64,000 nt of DNA from an uncultured archaeon (GTDB lineage Archaea; Asgardarchaeota; Lokiarchaeia; Sigyniarchaeales; SOKP01): contig CAZWEM010000018.1 in the NCBI GenBank assembly GCA_964632315.1, forward strand, positions 1-64,000, read 5' to 3'. The notes below the pieces were generated by a model that was given only the letters and a program-made list of their open reading frames with translations, searched no databases and was not told where the DNA came from. Positions 9,510 to 18,709 of this stretch are shown here, piece after piece. The first letter of the stretch is position 1, and every line of letters begins with the position of its first letter. The translations under genes and the position numbers were made by a program.

Positions 9510-10637
9510 ATGAAATTTACAACTTCTTCCCAAAAGAGTATTGTTTCTCTTTTAAAAGATTTGATTCAAATTCCGACGGAAAATCCCCCAGGTTTTACCA
9601 AGGAAATTATCAATTTCTTAACCTCCGAAGTTCTAACCGAAGAGCAAGGTTTTGAAAATAATATTATTGCATATAAAAAAGATAAAAATATTCTTCATAA
9701 TCTCGTAAGCAAAATTGGAAATGGAGAAACAAAGATTATATTTTCTGGTCATTTTGATGTTGTTCCTGTGGGAAACCGTGGTGATTGGACAGTGGATCCT
9801 TTCTCTGGAAAAATCGTTGGGGACTATATATACGGACGAGGATCTGCTGATATGAAATCTGGGATAGTGGCATTATTAACTACGATAAAAAGCTTATCTC
9901 AAGTCCCTAATTTTTTAGATAAATGTACCTTAATCTTTGCTGGCACCGCTGATGAAGAACTTGGTATGACGGGTGCTCAAAAATTGCATCAAATGGGAAT
10001 TATGAAGGATGCAAATTTATTAATTGTGGCAGAACCTACAAAATTAAAAATTGGAGTGGCAGAAAAAGGATTATTATGGTTATCGGCAACTTTAAAAGGA
10101 AGATCAGCGCATGGGTCTATGCCGCACGAAGGAGTTAATGCAATTGAAAAAGCAATGAAATTCTTACCTAAAATAAAGAAATGTGTTGAAAAGAATCAAA
10201 ATCCAATTTTAGGGAAGTCTACTGTTAATATCGGAACTATTAAAGGTGGAACGAGTATAAATATTGTTGCGGATAAAGTAACTGTTGAATTAGACTTTCG
10301 ATTAATACCCGAAGATAACTCAGATACTATTATCGCAAATCTAAGGGAAATAGATGAAGATTGTGAAATTAAAGTAATAAAAACTTTACCCGCATTAGAA
10401 TCAAATATTGAGCACGATTTTATCAAAAATCTTAAAAATGTGACAAAAACTGAACTCATTGGACTACCATATGCAACAGATGCTGCAGAATTAATAAAAT
10501 ACAGTGATAAGGTTCCATTTGTAATATTTGGTCCAGGGGACCCTGTTCATATTCATAAAAATGATGAAAGAGTAAATATTGAAGATGTATTCACTGCTAC
10601 TAAAATCTTAAGAGACAGTATTTATATGACTTATTAG
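9510..10637 (+). CDS. M20 family metallopeptidase/deacylase (ArgE/DapE-like)
   Basis: SGHFDVVP, GRGSADMKSG, DEE, AEPT, AHGS.P..GVNAI, TDA, GPG..HIH. Confidence 0.9.
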   Translation: MKFTTSSQKSIVSLLKDLIQIPTENPPGFTKEIINFLTSEVLTEEQGFENNIIAYKKDKNILHNLVSKIGNGETKIIFSGHFDVVPVGNRGDWTVDPFSGKIVGDYIYGRGSADMKSGIVALLTTIKSLSQVPNFLDKCTLIFAGTADEELGMTGAQKLHQMGIMKDANLLIVAEPTKLKIGVAEKGLLWLSATLKGRSAHGSMPHEGVNAIEKAMKFLPKIKKCVEKNQNPILGKSTVNIGTIKGGTSINIVADKVTVELDFRLIPEDNSDTIIANLREIDEDCEIKVIKTLPALESNIEHDFIKNLKNVTKTELIGLPYATDAAELIKYSDKVPFVIFGPGDPVHIHKNDERVNIEDVFTATKILRDSIYMTY

Positions 10638-10644
10638 AGAGAAA

Positions 10645-11796
10645 TTACAATGAATTAATAAATTTCTCAATCCTATCCAAAGCCTCTGATAATTTACTAT
10701 ATTCTGTCGCATACGAAATTCTTAAACGATCATCAGAATATGACCCAAAAATATTCCCAGGTACAATTGCCACTCCTTGGGATTCCATGATTCTTCTAGA
10801 AAATTCAGTACTAGAAATATGGAAATTTTTAATTGAGGGCATTATGTAAAAAGCCCCCTTTGGTTTCACTACTTCAAAATTTAATTCACTCAACCGATTA
10901 TACGCTAATAAGCGTCTTCTATCGAAATCTTTTAAAATTTCATCAAAAAATAAATGATCCATCTTTAATGCTTCAATAAATCCATATTGTGCGGCATGAT
11001 TGGTTCCTGCAGCGGTATATTGATGATATTTTTCTATAAGTCCAATAATTTCTTTGTTTGCAGCGACATAGCCCAGTCGGAAGCCTGTGGCAGAAAACAG
11101 TTTTGACATTGCATTTAATGTAATGGTCCTTTCAAACATATCACTAAATGATGCTGGACTATAATGCTTTAATCCATCATATAAATAATTTTCATACACT
11201 TCATCAGAAATTAAATATAAATCATTTTCTATCACCAGTTCATTTATACGGTTTAATTCATTTAAAGATAAAGTGTATCCAGTGGGGTTATTAGGAGAAT
11301 TTATTAAAATAGCTTTAGTTTTTGGAGTGATTGCTCTTTCCATCTCTAAAAGATTAATACTGAAATCTTTATTTCGTTTAAGCTCCACTACTTTCACGTC
11401 GTAAAAAAGAGCTAAATAAAAATATGATAAGAAATTAGGGGAAGGGATAATAATTTCATCTCCCGGATTAAATATCGTCGCAAAAGTAAGTGAGAGCGCT
11501 TGGGATCCTCCATTAGTAACAATTATATTTTTATCCCAATTAGTTTCAATGCTATTATATTTTCTAAGTTTTTCTTCAAGTAATTTTAGCAGCTCCGGGG
11601 TACCTCTTGTTGGGGCATAATACGTGATTTTTTTTTTTAGAGCATTAATATTTCCTTCGATTGCAGGATCGGGTGTTGGAAAATCGGGTTGTCCGATGCC
11701 CAAACTGATGACGTCTTTTCTACCAGCAGCAAGATCGAAAAGTTCTCGGATCTTTGATTTTGGTGCCTTCGCGACTTTTTGAGATAGTTCTTTCAT
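10645..11796 (-). CDS. Class I/II PLP-dependent aminotransferase (aspartate aminotransferase-like)
   Basis: GIGQPDF, NSPNNPTG, SDEVY, SKLFSATGFRLGY. Confidence 0.9.
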   Translation of the reverse strand: MKELSQKVAKAPKSKIRELFDLAAGRKDVISLGIGQPDFPTPDPAIEGNINALKKKITYYAPTRGTPELLKLLEEKLRKYNSIETNWDKNIIVTNGGSQALSLTFATIFNPGDEIIIPSPNFLSYFYLALFYDVKVVELKRNKDFSINLLEMERAITPKTKAILINSPNNPTGYTLSLNELNRINELVIENDLYLISDEVYENYLYDGLKHYSPASFSDMFERTITLNAMSKLFSATGFRLGYVAANKEIIGLIEKYHQYTAAGTNHAAQYGFIEALKMDHLFFDEILKDFDRRRLLAYNRLSELNFEVVKPKGAFYIMPSIKNFHISSTEFSRRIMESQGVAIVPGNIFGSYSDDRLRISYATEYSKLSEALDRIEKFINSL

Positions 11797-11876
11797 AGTT
11801 AAACAACCAAATAATGATATCTAAAGGGAATAATATTATATAAACTTAAAGCAAGAAGTACAATTAATTTAAATTA

Positions 11877-12428
11877 TTATATCTTTTCTCCTTGCTTTTC
11901 AAGGATCTCAAACACCAAAGTTTTAAACGCATTATCCACATTCTCTCCCAGTTTTGCACTGGTTTCAATGAATTTACTTGCTTTAATCTTCTCAGCCAAA
12001 CTTTTCCCATCATTATCTGAGATCATTCTTTGGTCCTTTAAATCACATTTATTCCCAATTAAAAGGTATGTTCCCTCTTTCTTAACAAATTTTTTAAAGT
12101 CATTGAGCCACTTAGTTTCAATGGTATTGAATGTGTTAGATCTCGTAATATCATATACTAATAGAGCTCCTACGCATCCTTGATAATATAAACTCCTCAC
12201 GACATTATATTTTTCTTGTCCTGCTAAATCCCATACAATTAATCTAACTTTGGCATTTGAATTTTCTAATATTACATCTTTTCGGATGATATTTGCTCCT
12301 AGAGTTGGTTTATAATCTTCTTCAAAAGCATTTTCAACAAATTGGTTTATCAGAGACGTTTTTCCTACAGCACTATCTCCTAATATTACGATTTTAAAAA
12401 CGTATTCCCTTGTTTCTTCTGTCGACAT
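11877..12428 (-). CDS. Rab-like small GTPase
   Basis: GDSAVGKT, PTLG, WDLAGQE, GNKCD, ETSAK (G1-G5). Confidence 0.93.
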   Translation of the reverse strand: MSTEETREYVFKIVILGDSAVGKTSLINQFVENAFEEDYKPTLGANIIRKDVILENSNAKVRLIVWDLAGQEKYNVVRSLYYQGCVGALLVYDITRSNTFNTIETKWLNDFKKFVKKEGTYLLIGNKCDLKDQRMISDNDGKSLAEKIKASKFIETSAKLGENVDNAFKTLVFEILEKQGEKI

Positions 12429-12526
12429 GCTTTTTTTTTCACCCGATAATTTGTATGAAATTATTTTAAAATTGGATGAAGTTATATTTAACTATTTATT
12501 GATTTTTGAAATAAAATAGTTATACC

Positions 12527-13114
12527 TTATTCAAGAATTTTATTTTCTATTAAAAGCGTCAATCTAAACGAATTATGATTTGGGGAATTTATATTTTCTT
12601 TAATGCTTATAGGTCTAACTATCTTTTCAGAAGGTAGGGATTTTTCTAATGAATTAATAAGAAAAGCTTTGAAAAGATCGCATGAAATTCCGATTTCAGA
12701 ACAAAAAACACATTTTCTTACGTCAATTACATATTTAATATCTGATTTCTCTGAAATTTCAACTTTCCAATTCGTTTCTATCAAGCGATTTATATCGACA
12801 ATAATCTCTTCGAATTTTTTCCCAAATGGATATAAATAAAATGAGAATTTTCGACCTATTTCATATAATAATTGAGATGAATCATAAAGTAAACAATTTT
12901 GCGCAGTAATTATCTTTTTAAATGAAAAAAAATCAATTGTCCCATCCGGATCCACATCTCGAAGATCTTTTAAATCTAATAATTCTGCTTCTCGTAAAAT
13001 AGATTTCATTCCATCATAATCAAGTGTATCTAAATAAGATTGGAGGAGTGCAGTTATTACGCGATTCTTAACACTACCTCTATATGCTCCAATCATCTCA
13101 GAATTATTATCCAT
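12527..13114 (-). CDS. V4R-like (4-vinyl reductase/Bet3-fold) domain protein, divergent
   Basis: GMKSILREAEL..., LYEIGRKF, CVFC...SCDLFKAFL pattern. Confidence 0.5.
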   Translation of the reverse strand: MDNNSEMIGAYRGSVKNRVITALLQSYLDTLDYDGMKSILREAELLDLKDLRDVDPDGTIDFFSFKKIITAQNCLLYDSSQLLYEIGRKFSFYLYPFGKKFEEIIVDINRLIETNWKVEISEKSDIKYVIDVRKCVFCSEIGISCDLFKAFLINSLEKSLPSEKIVRPISIKENINSPNHNSFRLTLLIENKILE

Positions 13115-13318
13115 AAGCGATCGTATACTTTTTATTTTTCTACAAAGCGGAATTAATACTTTTTCGACTAGCCTAATCTTCTCTCTAATATCTTTAGTCG
13201 GTTGAATGCTTTTAAGATTTTATTTTTAGTTGAATTATCTGATTATAATAAGAACTATTACAATTCTATTAATTAAATAAAATTAAGATTAAAAATAATA
13301 AGATATTAAAAAATTAGG

Positions 13319-15019
13319 TTATTCTTCAACAGTTTTAAGAATGTCTTCAATCTCAGATTGAATGACTTCTGCTTTCTTTGCTTGTTCTCCTTTTATGGCA
13401 TTTCCAAGCTCGATCCGTTCACGATGGAGCGTATTCATGGCGCAAAATGGAACCTCTAATACCCTAGCATTGTCGTCGGGATCAATAACTCCATAATGAA
13501 CCAAGCACCTGCAAACTCTCTGGAGATCAAAGTTATATGCATCCTGGAAGTGCATGGCACTAATTAATAAGTTTTTAGTATGTAAGAAATTAGCTGCTGA
13601 TGCAAGATTTGGAGCCATTACCAATCGAGCAAAACTCTGGAACGTTTGACTGGTTAAGATTTTTGCAGGATCCTTGACATATCTCATTGCCCCAGCCAAG
13701 TAGTAAGCTTTCATCATCTGACGATATCCTAGATTTGTCATGTCATCGATAAACTTACCAATAGTATTTGGAACGGAACCAAAATCTTCTAGATTAATAC
13801 CTTTTAGAAAATTAGTAGGTTTAGGAACCTCTTGATTTTGTACCATATCATATACTTTATTGGACCATCGAACGAGGCCCTCAGTATCGAAGTAATTTTC
13901 AATAGGCTCCCATTCATTGTTTTTATTAACAATACAAATTGTTGCAAATCCACAATCTTTATGACTCGTCATGGAAAATTCTGGAACATCATCAAACCAA
14001 GCAAGTAACCGAGTCATTTTTGCAGTCGTTGCTATAGGATAAAATCGCGCGATCGCATTGTTTGTAGCTTTATTAATAGCCACCTTTAAATCTGAGGTGG
14101 TATATCTAAGATCCATTAATTCTTCGAAGCTTATTCGACCACATAAAGATACTGGTTGGAAAACAACACCTGAGACCACATCCGTATTTTCTTTAGCAAA
14201 ATTCAATATAGGTCCTACTTGATGATCATTAACACCTTTGGCAACTGTTGGTACTAATACAACTCCAAAAAATCCTATTTTTCTTGCATTTTCAATTACC
14301 TTTTTCTTTAGGGGCCATAGATTTACTCCCCTAACTTTCTTCCATGTTTCAGGATCGTCAGTAGCATCAAATTGGAGATAACAAGCTTTCATACCTGCGT
14401 CCATGCACTTTTTCATGAATTCGGGAGATTTTCCAAATCTTACTCCATTAGTTGTAACCATGACTTCAACAAAACCAAGCTCAACTCCCTTTCTTATGAT
14501 ATCTGGAAGATCATTTCTTACTGTTGGTTCTCCTCCAGATAATTGGAGTAATACAGGAGATATTGGTCTCATTGATCTAAAATGTTCCATTATTTGAACT
14601 ATTTGGTCAAAAGTAGGTTCGACAACATAACCTTTTGCGCTAGCGTTTGCGAAACATATTGGACAAGTGAGGTTGCAACGATTCGTAATATCAATCAAAG
14701 CAATATTTGGAGCGCTTTTATGATTTTGACATAAACCACAATCATTTGGGCATCCACTGCTAATATCCTTAATACCAGAGTTTACAAATTCTGGTTTCGT
14801 TGAGTTATCAATAGTAGAACCTAAATCATCAGTAAAAGTTTCAGCCCATTTATATTCTTCGGGATCAATGGAGAGCTTGTCCTTGAATTCTCCGTGTTCA
14901 TCGCAATTTTTCCTCATCATGACCCAATTTGTCTTTGGATCAACATAAATTTCCGCGTCAATGGTCTTCATGCATTCTGGACAAATGCTTTGCGTGCGCC
15001 TTATAATTTCTTCAGTCAT
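13319..15019 (-). CDS. tes: Tetraether lipid synthase (Tes/GDGT-MAS) radical SAM enzyme
   Basis: N-terminal SICPEC...CDEHG, GCPNDCGLC..H, CNLTCPICF (CX3CX2C), FQPVS..GR, MHFQDAYNFDLQRV.RC..HY, PFCAMN. Confidence 0.85.
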   Translation of the reverse strand: MTEEIIRRTQSICPECMKTIDAEIYVDPKTNWVMMRKNCDEHGEFKDKLSIDPEEYKWAETFTDDLGSTIDNSTKPEFVNSGIKDISSGCPNDCGLCQNHKSAPNIALIDITNRCNLTCPICFANASAKGYVVEPTFDQIVQIMEHFRSMRPISPVLLQLSGGEPTVRNDLPDIIRKGVELGFVEVMVTTNGVRFGKSPEFMKKCMDAGMKACYLQFDATDDPETWKKVRGVNLWPLKKKVIENARKIGFFGVVLVPTVAKGVNDHQVGPILNFAKENTDVVSGVVFQPVSLCGRISFEELMDLRYTTSDLKVAINKATNNAIARFYPIATTAKMTRLLAWFDDVPEFSMTSHKDCGFATICIVNKNNEWEPIENYFDTEGLVRWSNKVYDMVQNQEVPKPTNFLKGINLEDFGSVPNTIGKFIDDMTNLGYRQMMKAYYLAGAMRYVKDPAKILTSQTFQSFARLVMAPNLASAANFLHTKNLLISAMHFQDAYNFDLQRVCRCLVHYGVIDPDDNARVLEVPFCAMNTLHRERIELGNAIKGEQAKKAEVIQSEIEDILKTVEE

Positions 15020-15330
15020 GTGAATCAGTTTTTTTAGTTTTTATTTACTTAAACAAATATTTAATTAATCAAATAACACATTTTTCCTTAAAAAATTACC
15101 CATCATCATCATATTTGTAAAAGTATTATTAATCAAGAGTCTGATCGTTATTAAATTGTATTCTTTATAGAATAAATTGAAAATCCATATTCCTTATTAT
15201 TTTATAAATTTTTAAAAAAATATGAGGAAGATACTAGGAACAACTGAATTTAAATTAAATTTATTAATACTAACTTTTATAATTTAAGAGAAGAAGATTA
15301 GACGATTTAAGACGGTTAAGGTGAGCTATT

Positions 15331-15966
15331 ATTCCTTTAGGGATATTTTTAATAAAATGGGATGAACTTTTAGGAGGTTCAATTTACATGAAATATCCCG
15401 AGGATCTTGAAATCAATTCAAATGTCGTTCAACAGATTCAAATATCCCATAATTTTGTTGAAAGTTATATCACAATTGAAGAAAAAGATTGGAATTCGAT
15501 CTCTTATTATAACGAAAATAAAGATATCATTATTGTACTTGCCTTAGACAAATTTGATGATGCCTCCGATTATACTATAATTTTGGATGAATTCAAAAAA
15601 GAACTTGACTTGGATATCAAGAAAGAACGCTTGAAGCGCCATTTAAAAGAGAAATATGATCTCTCATTAAAAGTATTTCGAACAAGAGACGAAGTGATCG
15701 CTAAATTAAGCAATGAGGTTGCCCATTTAAAGACTTTGGAATATGATTTGAAAAAACGTTTTGATAAAATCGCTAGGTCTGATCATTTAAAAGTAAAGAG
15801 TAAGATTCAATTTCTGCTTGCAGTTAATGATCTAGTATCATATGATGAACTTAAAAAAGTCATAAATACAAGCTCGAGATGGTTGAATGAAGTTCTTAAA
15901 ACACTGTTAAAGTGTAATTTAATAGGGTATAATAACGAATCTGATTCTTACTTTTTAGTATTCTAA
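15331..15966 (+). CDS. Longin-like N-terminal domain + coiled coil + C-terminal winged helix; probable ATT start at 15331 (ORF track starts at 15388)
   Basis: Frame stays open 19 codons upstream of the ATG, giving (M)PLGIFLIKWDELLGGSIYMKYP, and is preceded by SD-like aaggtga. Confidence 0.55.
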   Translation: MPLGIFLIKWDELLGGSIYMKYPEDLEINSNVVQQIQISHNFVESYITIEEKDWNSISYYNENKDIIIVLALDKFDDASDYTIILDEFKKELDLDIKKERLKRHLKEKYDLSLKVFRTRDEVIAKLSNEVAHLKTLEYDLKKRFDKIARSDHLKVKSKIQFLLAVNDLVSYDELKKVINTSSRWLNEVLKTLLKCNLIGYNNESDSYFLVF

Positions 15967-16061
15967 TTATATCGTTTCCCTCGTTATAAAATGAACAATT
16001 TATTAATCATGTAAGTCTTTTCTTCATAAAAATATGAACTTATTTAATTAAATTTACAATT

Positions 16062-17195
16062 ATGAATCTGGATAAAGAGGAACAAGAAGCAGTTTTAAAG
16101 GTAATGGAATCTCAAATGTTAACTTTGCTTCATGGACAGAATGTAAAACAATTTGAGATTGATTTTGCTCAATATCATGGTGTTAAGAATGCTATTGCTG
16201 TAAATACCGGAACAGCAGCACTTCATATCGCCATTGCAGCACTGAATATAGGACCGGGTGATGAAGTGATAGTTCCCCCTTTCACATTTATCTCGACTGC
16301 CAGCTCGATTCTTCACAATAATGCAATTCCAGTTTTTGCCGATATCGATGATAAATCCTATACTTTAGATCCTAAATCCGTAGAACAACACATAACTGAA
16401 AGAACAAAAGCAATTATACCGGTTCATTTGGCTGGAATTCCAGCAAATATGACTGAATTAAAAAAAGTAGCATTGAAAAATGAAGTAGCAATAATCGAAG
16501 ATGCCTGTCAATCCATAGGTGCTCATTGTGATGGCAAATTGGTTGGTTCAATAGGAGATGTTGGGTGTTTTAGTTTTTATCCTTCTAAAAATATCACAAC
16601 TGGAGAGGGGGGAATGATAATCACGAATGATGATAAATTAGCAGAAGAATGCAGGTTACTAAGACATCACGGAGAACCCTCATGGTATGTTTATAACAGA
16701 TTAGGTTATAATTATCGAATGACTGAAATTCAAGGTGCTATTGGAAGGGTCCAACTGAAAAAAATTAATGATTTCATCAAAATTAGAAATGAAAATGCTG
16801 AATATCTCTCTGAAGGTATTGCTCATCTCGAAGGAATTGATCCACCCCATGTTCCTAATTATTGTAAACCCGCATTTAACTATTGGATTGGTAGAATCCA
16901 TCCTGATGTAATTGGAGTAGATAAAGAAGAATTCTTGCTACAATTTCCTAAAAGTAAAGTACTCTACCCCATTCCTCTTTATAAAACTAAGTTATTTCAA
17001 GAAAAAATTGCATATCCTAAAGGATGTCCCTGGTCTTGTCCATTCTATGGAAAACAAATTGACTATTCTAAGGTAAATCTACCAATAGTAGAGAAAGTCA
17101 CAAAAGAAATATTTGCTCTCGACATCCATCCCAATATCACTAAAAGTATTTTAGATGAATATATATCAAAAATAAGCCAAATTACATCAAAATAA
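16062..17195 (+). CDS. DegT/DnrJ/EryC1/StrS aminotransferase
   Basis: NTGTAALH, GDEVIVPPFTF, EDACQS, SFYPSKNITTGEGG, GYNYRM. Confidence 0.92.
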   Translation: MNLDKEEQEAVLKVMESQMLTLLHGQNVKQFEIDFAQYHGVKNAIAVNTGTAALHIAIAALNIGPGDEVIVPPFTFISTASSILHNNAIPVFADIDDKSYTLDPKSVEQHITERTKAIIPVHLAGIPANMTELKKVALKNEVAIIEDACQSIGAHCDGKLVGSIGDVGCFSFYPSKNITTGEGGMIITNDDKLAEECRLLRHHGEPSWYVYNRLGYNYRMTEIQGAIGRVQLKKINDFIKIRNENAEYLSEGIAHLEGIDPPHVPNYCKPAFNYWIGRIHPDVIGVDKEEFLLQFPKSKVLYPIPLYKTKLFQEKIAYPKGCPWSCPFYGKQIDYSKVNLPIVEKVTKEIFALDIHPNITKSILDEYISKISQITSK

Positions 17196-17202
17196 AACTT
17201 TT

Positions 17203-17475
17203 ATGAAGAGATTAATAATCCAAGTTTATGGATTGGTGCAAGGTGTTTTTTTTAGATATAGTACAAGAAAACTTGCTAGAAATTTAGGATTAACGGGAAT
17301 TGTAAAAAATTTGCCAGATGGTTCAGTCTATATAAAAGCCGAAGGCCCAGAAGAAAAATTATTAGAATTATTGAAATTTTGTAGGAAAGGTCCAAAGAGT
17401 GCAAAAGTTGATGATGTGGAATTTAGATTTGAATCATTTCAATCTAAATTTAAAGGGTTTGAATATTCCTTTTGA
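17203..17475 (+). CDS. acyP: Acylphosphatase
   Basis: VYGLVQGVFFR...GLTG.VKNLPDGSV...GP. Confidence 0.93.
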   Translation: MKRLIIQVYGLVQGVFFRYSTRKLARNLGLTGIVKNLPDGSVYIKAEGPEEKLLELLKFCRKGPKSAKVDDVEFRFESFQSKFKGFEYSF

Positions 17476-17502
17476 AAATCTCCTCGTATTACCTGCATAT
17501 TA

Positions 17503-17886
17503 TTGTGGAAAATAAATAATTGTCGAATTTATTTATTTATGTCGTATGCATTCGAAAAATATGCAAATCTTCAATTATTTAAGACCCTAAGGCATGATCA
17601 GATTAAATTTCAATATCCAATCATACTTAGAATGTATGGGTTATTGAACGAACTTAACCTAAAGAATGAAAATCGGTATATCTTATGTAATTTTATCGAC
17701 CAAAATAGTGATGTTTTCGATTTAAAAGAGGATATCTACAAAAAAAATAATTCCTGTTCTCTAAATCAACTCTTTCTCTTTGCTATTAGGAAGGCTAAAG
17801 AAAAAAATTTAATAAAGTCTCTTTATAACGAATATCTTAACAGTATTGATGCAATTTTGGAAAAAAGAGAATTAACATCATTTTAA
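17503..17886 (+). CDS. Hypothetical protein (true start possibly the ATG at 17539)
   Basis: Open frame of 115-127 aa; no family recognised. Confidence 0.55.
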   Translation: MWKINNCRIYLFMSYAFEKYANLQLFKTLRHDQIKFQYPIILRMYGLLNELNLKNENRYILCNFIDQNSDVFDLKEDIYKKNNSCSLNQLFLFAIRKAKEKNLIKSLYNEYLNSIDAILEKRELTSF

Positions 17887-17983
17887 TCTTTTAAAAATAA
17901 TTTTCATGTTGAAGCAAAAATTAATAATAATAAACACTATTATGAAAGTATTAATTCAACGTGAAATATGGATTTGATTAATT

Positions 17984-18511
17984 ATGACGGAACCCGATTA
18001 TGTAATCAAGATTTGTTTGCTTGGGGAGGCAAATGTTGGAAAAACATCACTTGTTTATCGCTTTATTGAAAATAAATTCAGAGATAATTATAAAAGTACA
18101 CTTGGAGTTAATCTCCTTAAAAAAGACTTGAATATTGAAGATTACGGCGGAGTAGCTGCCACAATCTGGGATCTAGGTGGTCAAGAAAGTTTTAGATCCC
18201 TCCGAAAACTCTACTTAGAGGGAGCGAATGGTGCTCTAGTTATCTTTGATTGGACTCAAAAAGAAAGCTTCCTTAAATTAGAAAGTTGGATACAAGATTT
18301 TAGATTAGAGAGAGAAAATGAACCAATTTTATTGATCGGAAATAAAGATGATTTAAAAGATAAGGAAAAGGTATCTAAAGATGAAGCATTAGAATTAGCA
18401 CGTCGTTATAAGCTAAAATTTCTTTCTACCTCAGCTAAAACAGGTTCTAATGTAGAAGAAGCATTTAATACTGTTACTAAGACGATTTTAAAATCCCAAT
18501 TAGCTAAATAG
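17984..18511 (+). CDS. Rab-like small GTPase
   Basis: GEANVGKT, STLG, WDLGGQE, GNKDD, STSAK. Confidence 0.93.
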   Translation: MTEPDYVIKICLLGEANVGKTSLVYRFIENKFRDNYKSTLGVNLLKKDLNIEDYGGVAATIWDLGGQESFRSLRKLYLEGANGALVIFDWTQKESFLKLESWIQDFRLERENEPILLIGNKDDLKDKEKVSKDEALELARRYKLKFLSTSAKTGSNVEEAFNTVTKTILKSQLAK

Positions 18512-18709
18512 TCTAAGGATAGCTTGTTTTTTAATATATTATCGAAAATGTTGCTGAAATATTTTTTAAAATTAACAATTATTTATAAAGCATTTATAAA
18601 TGATCATATATTTAAATAAAATTATATATAAAATATGACTTCGTCATTAAAGATAATTTTACAATTATTTAACTATATACAAATCATATTTGGAACTTAT
18701 TGATTTATC

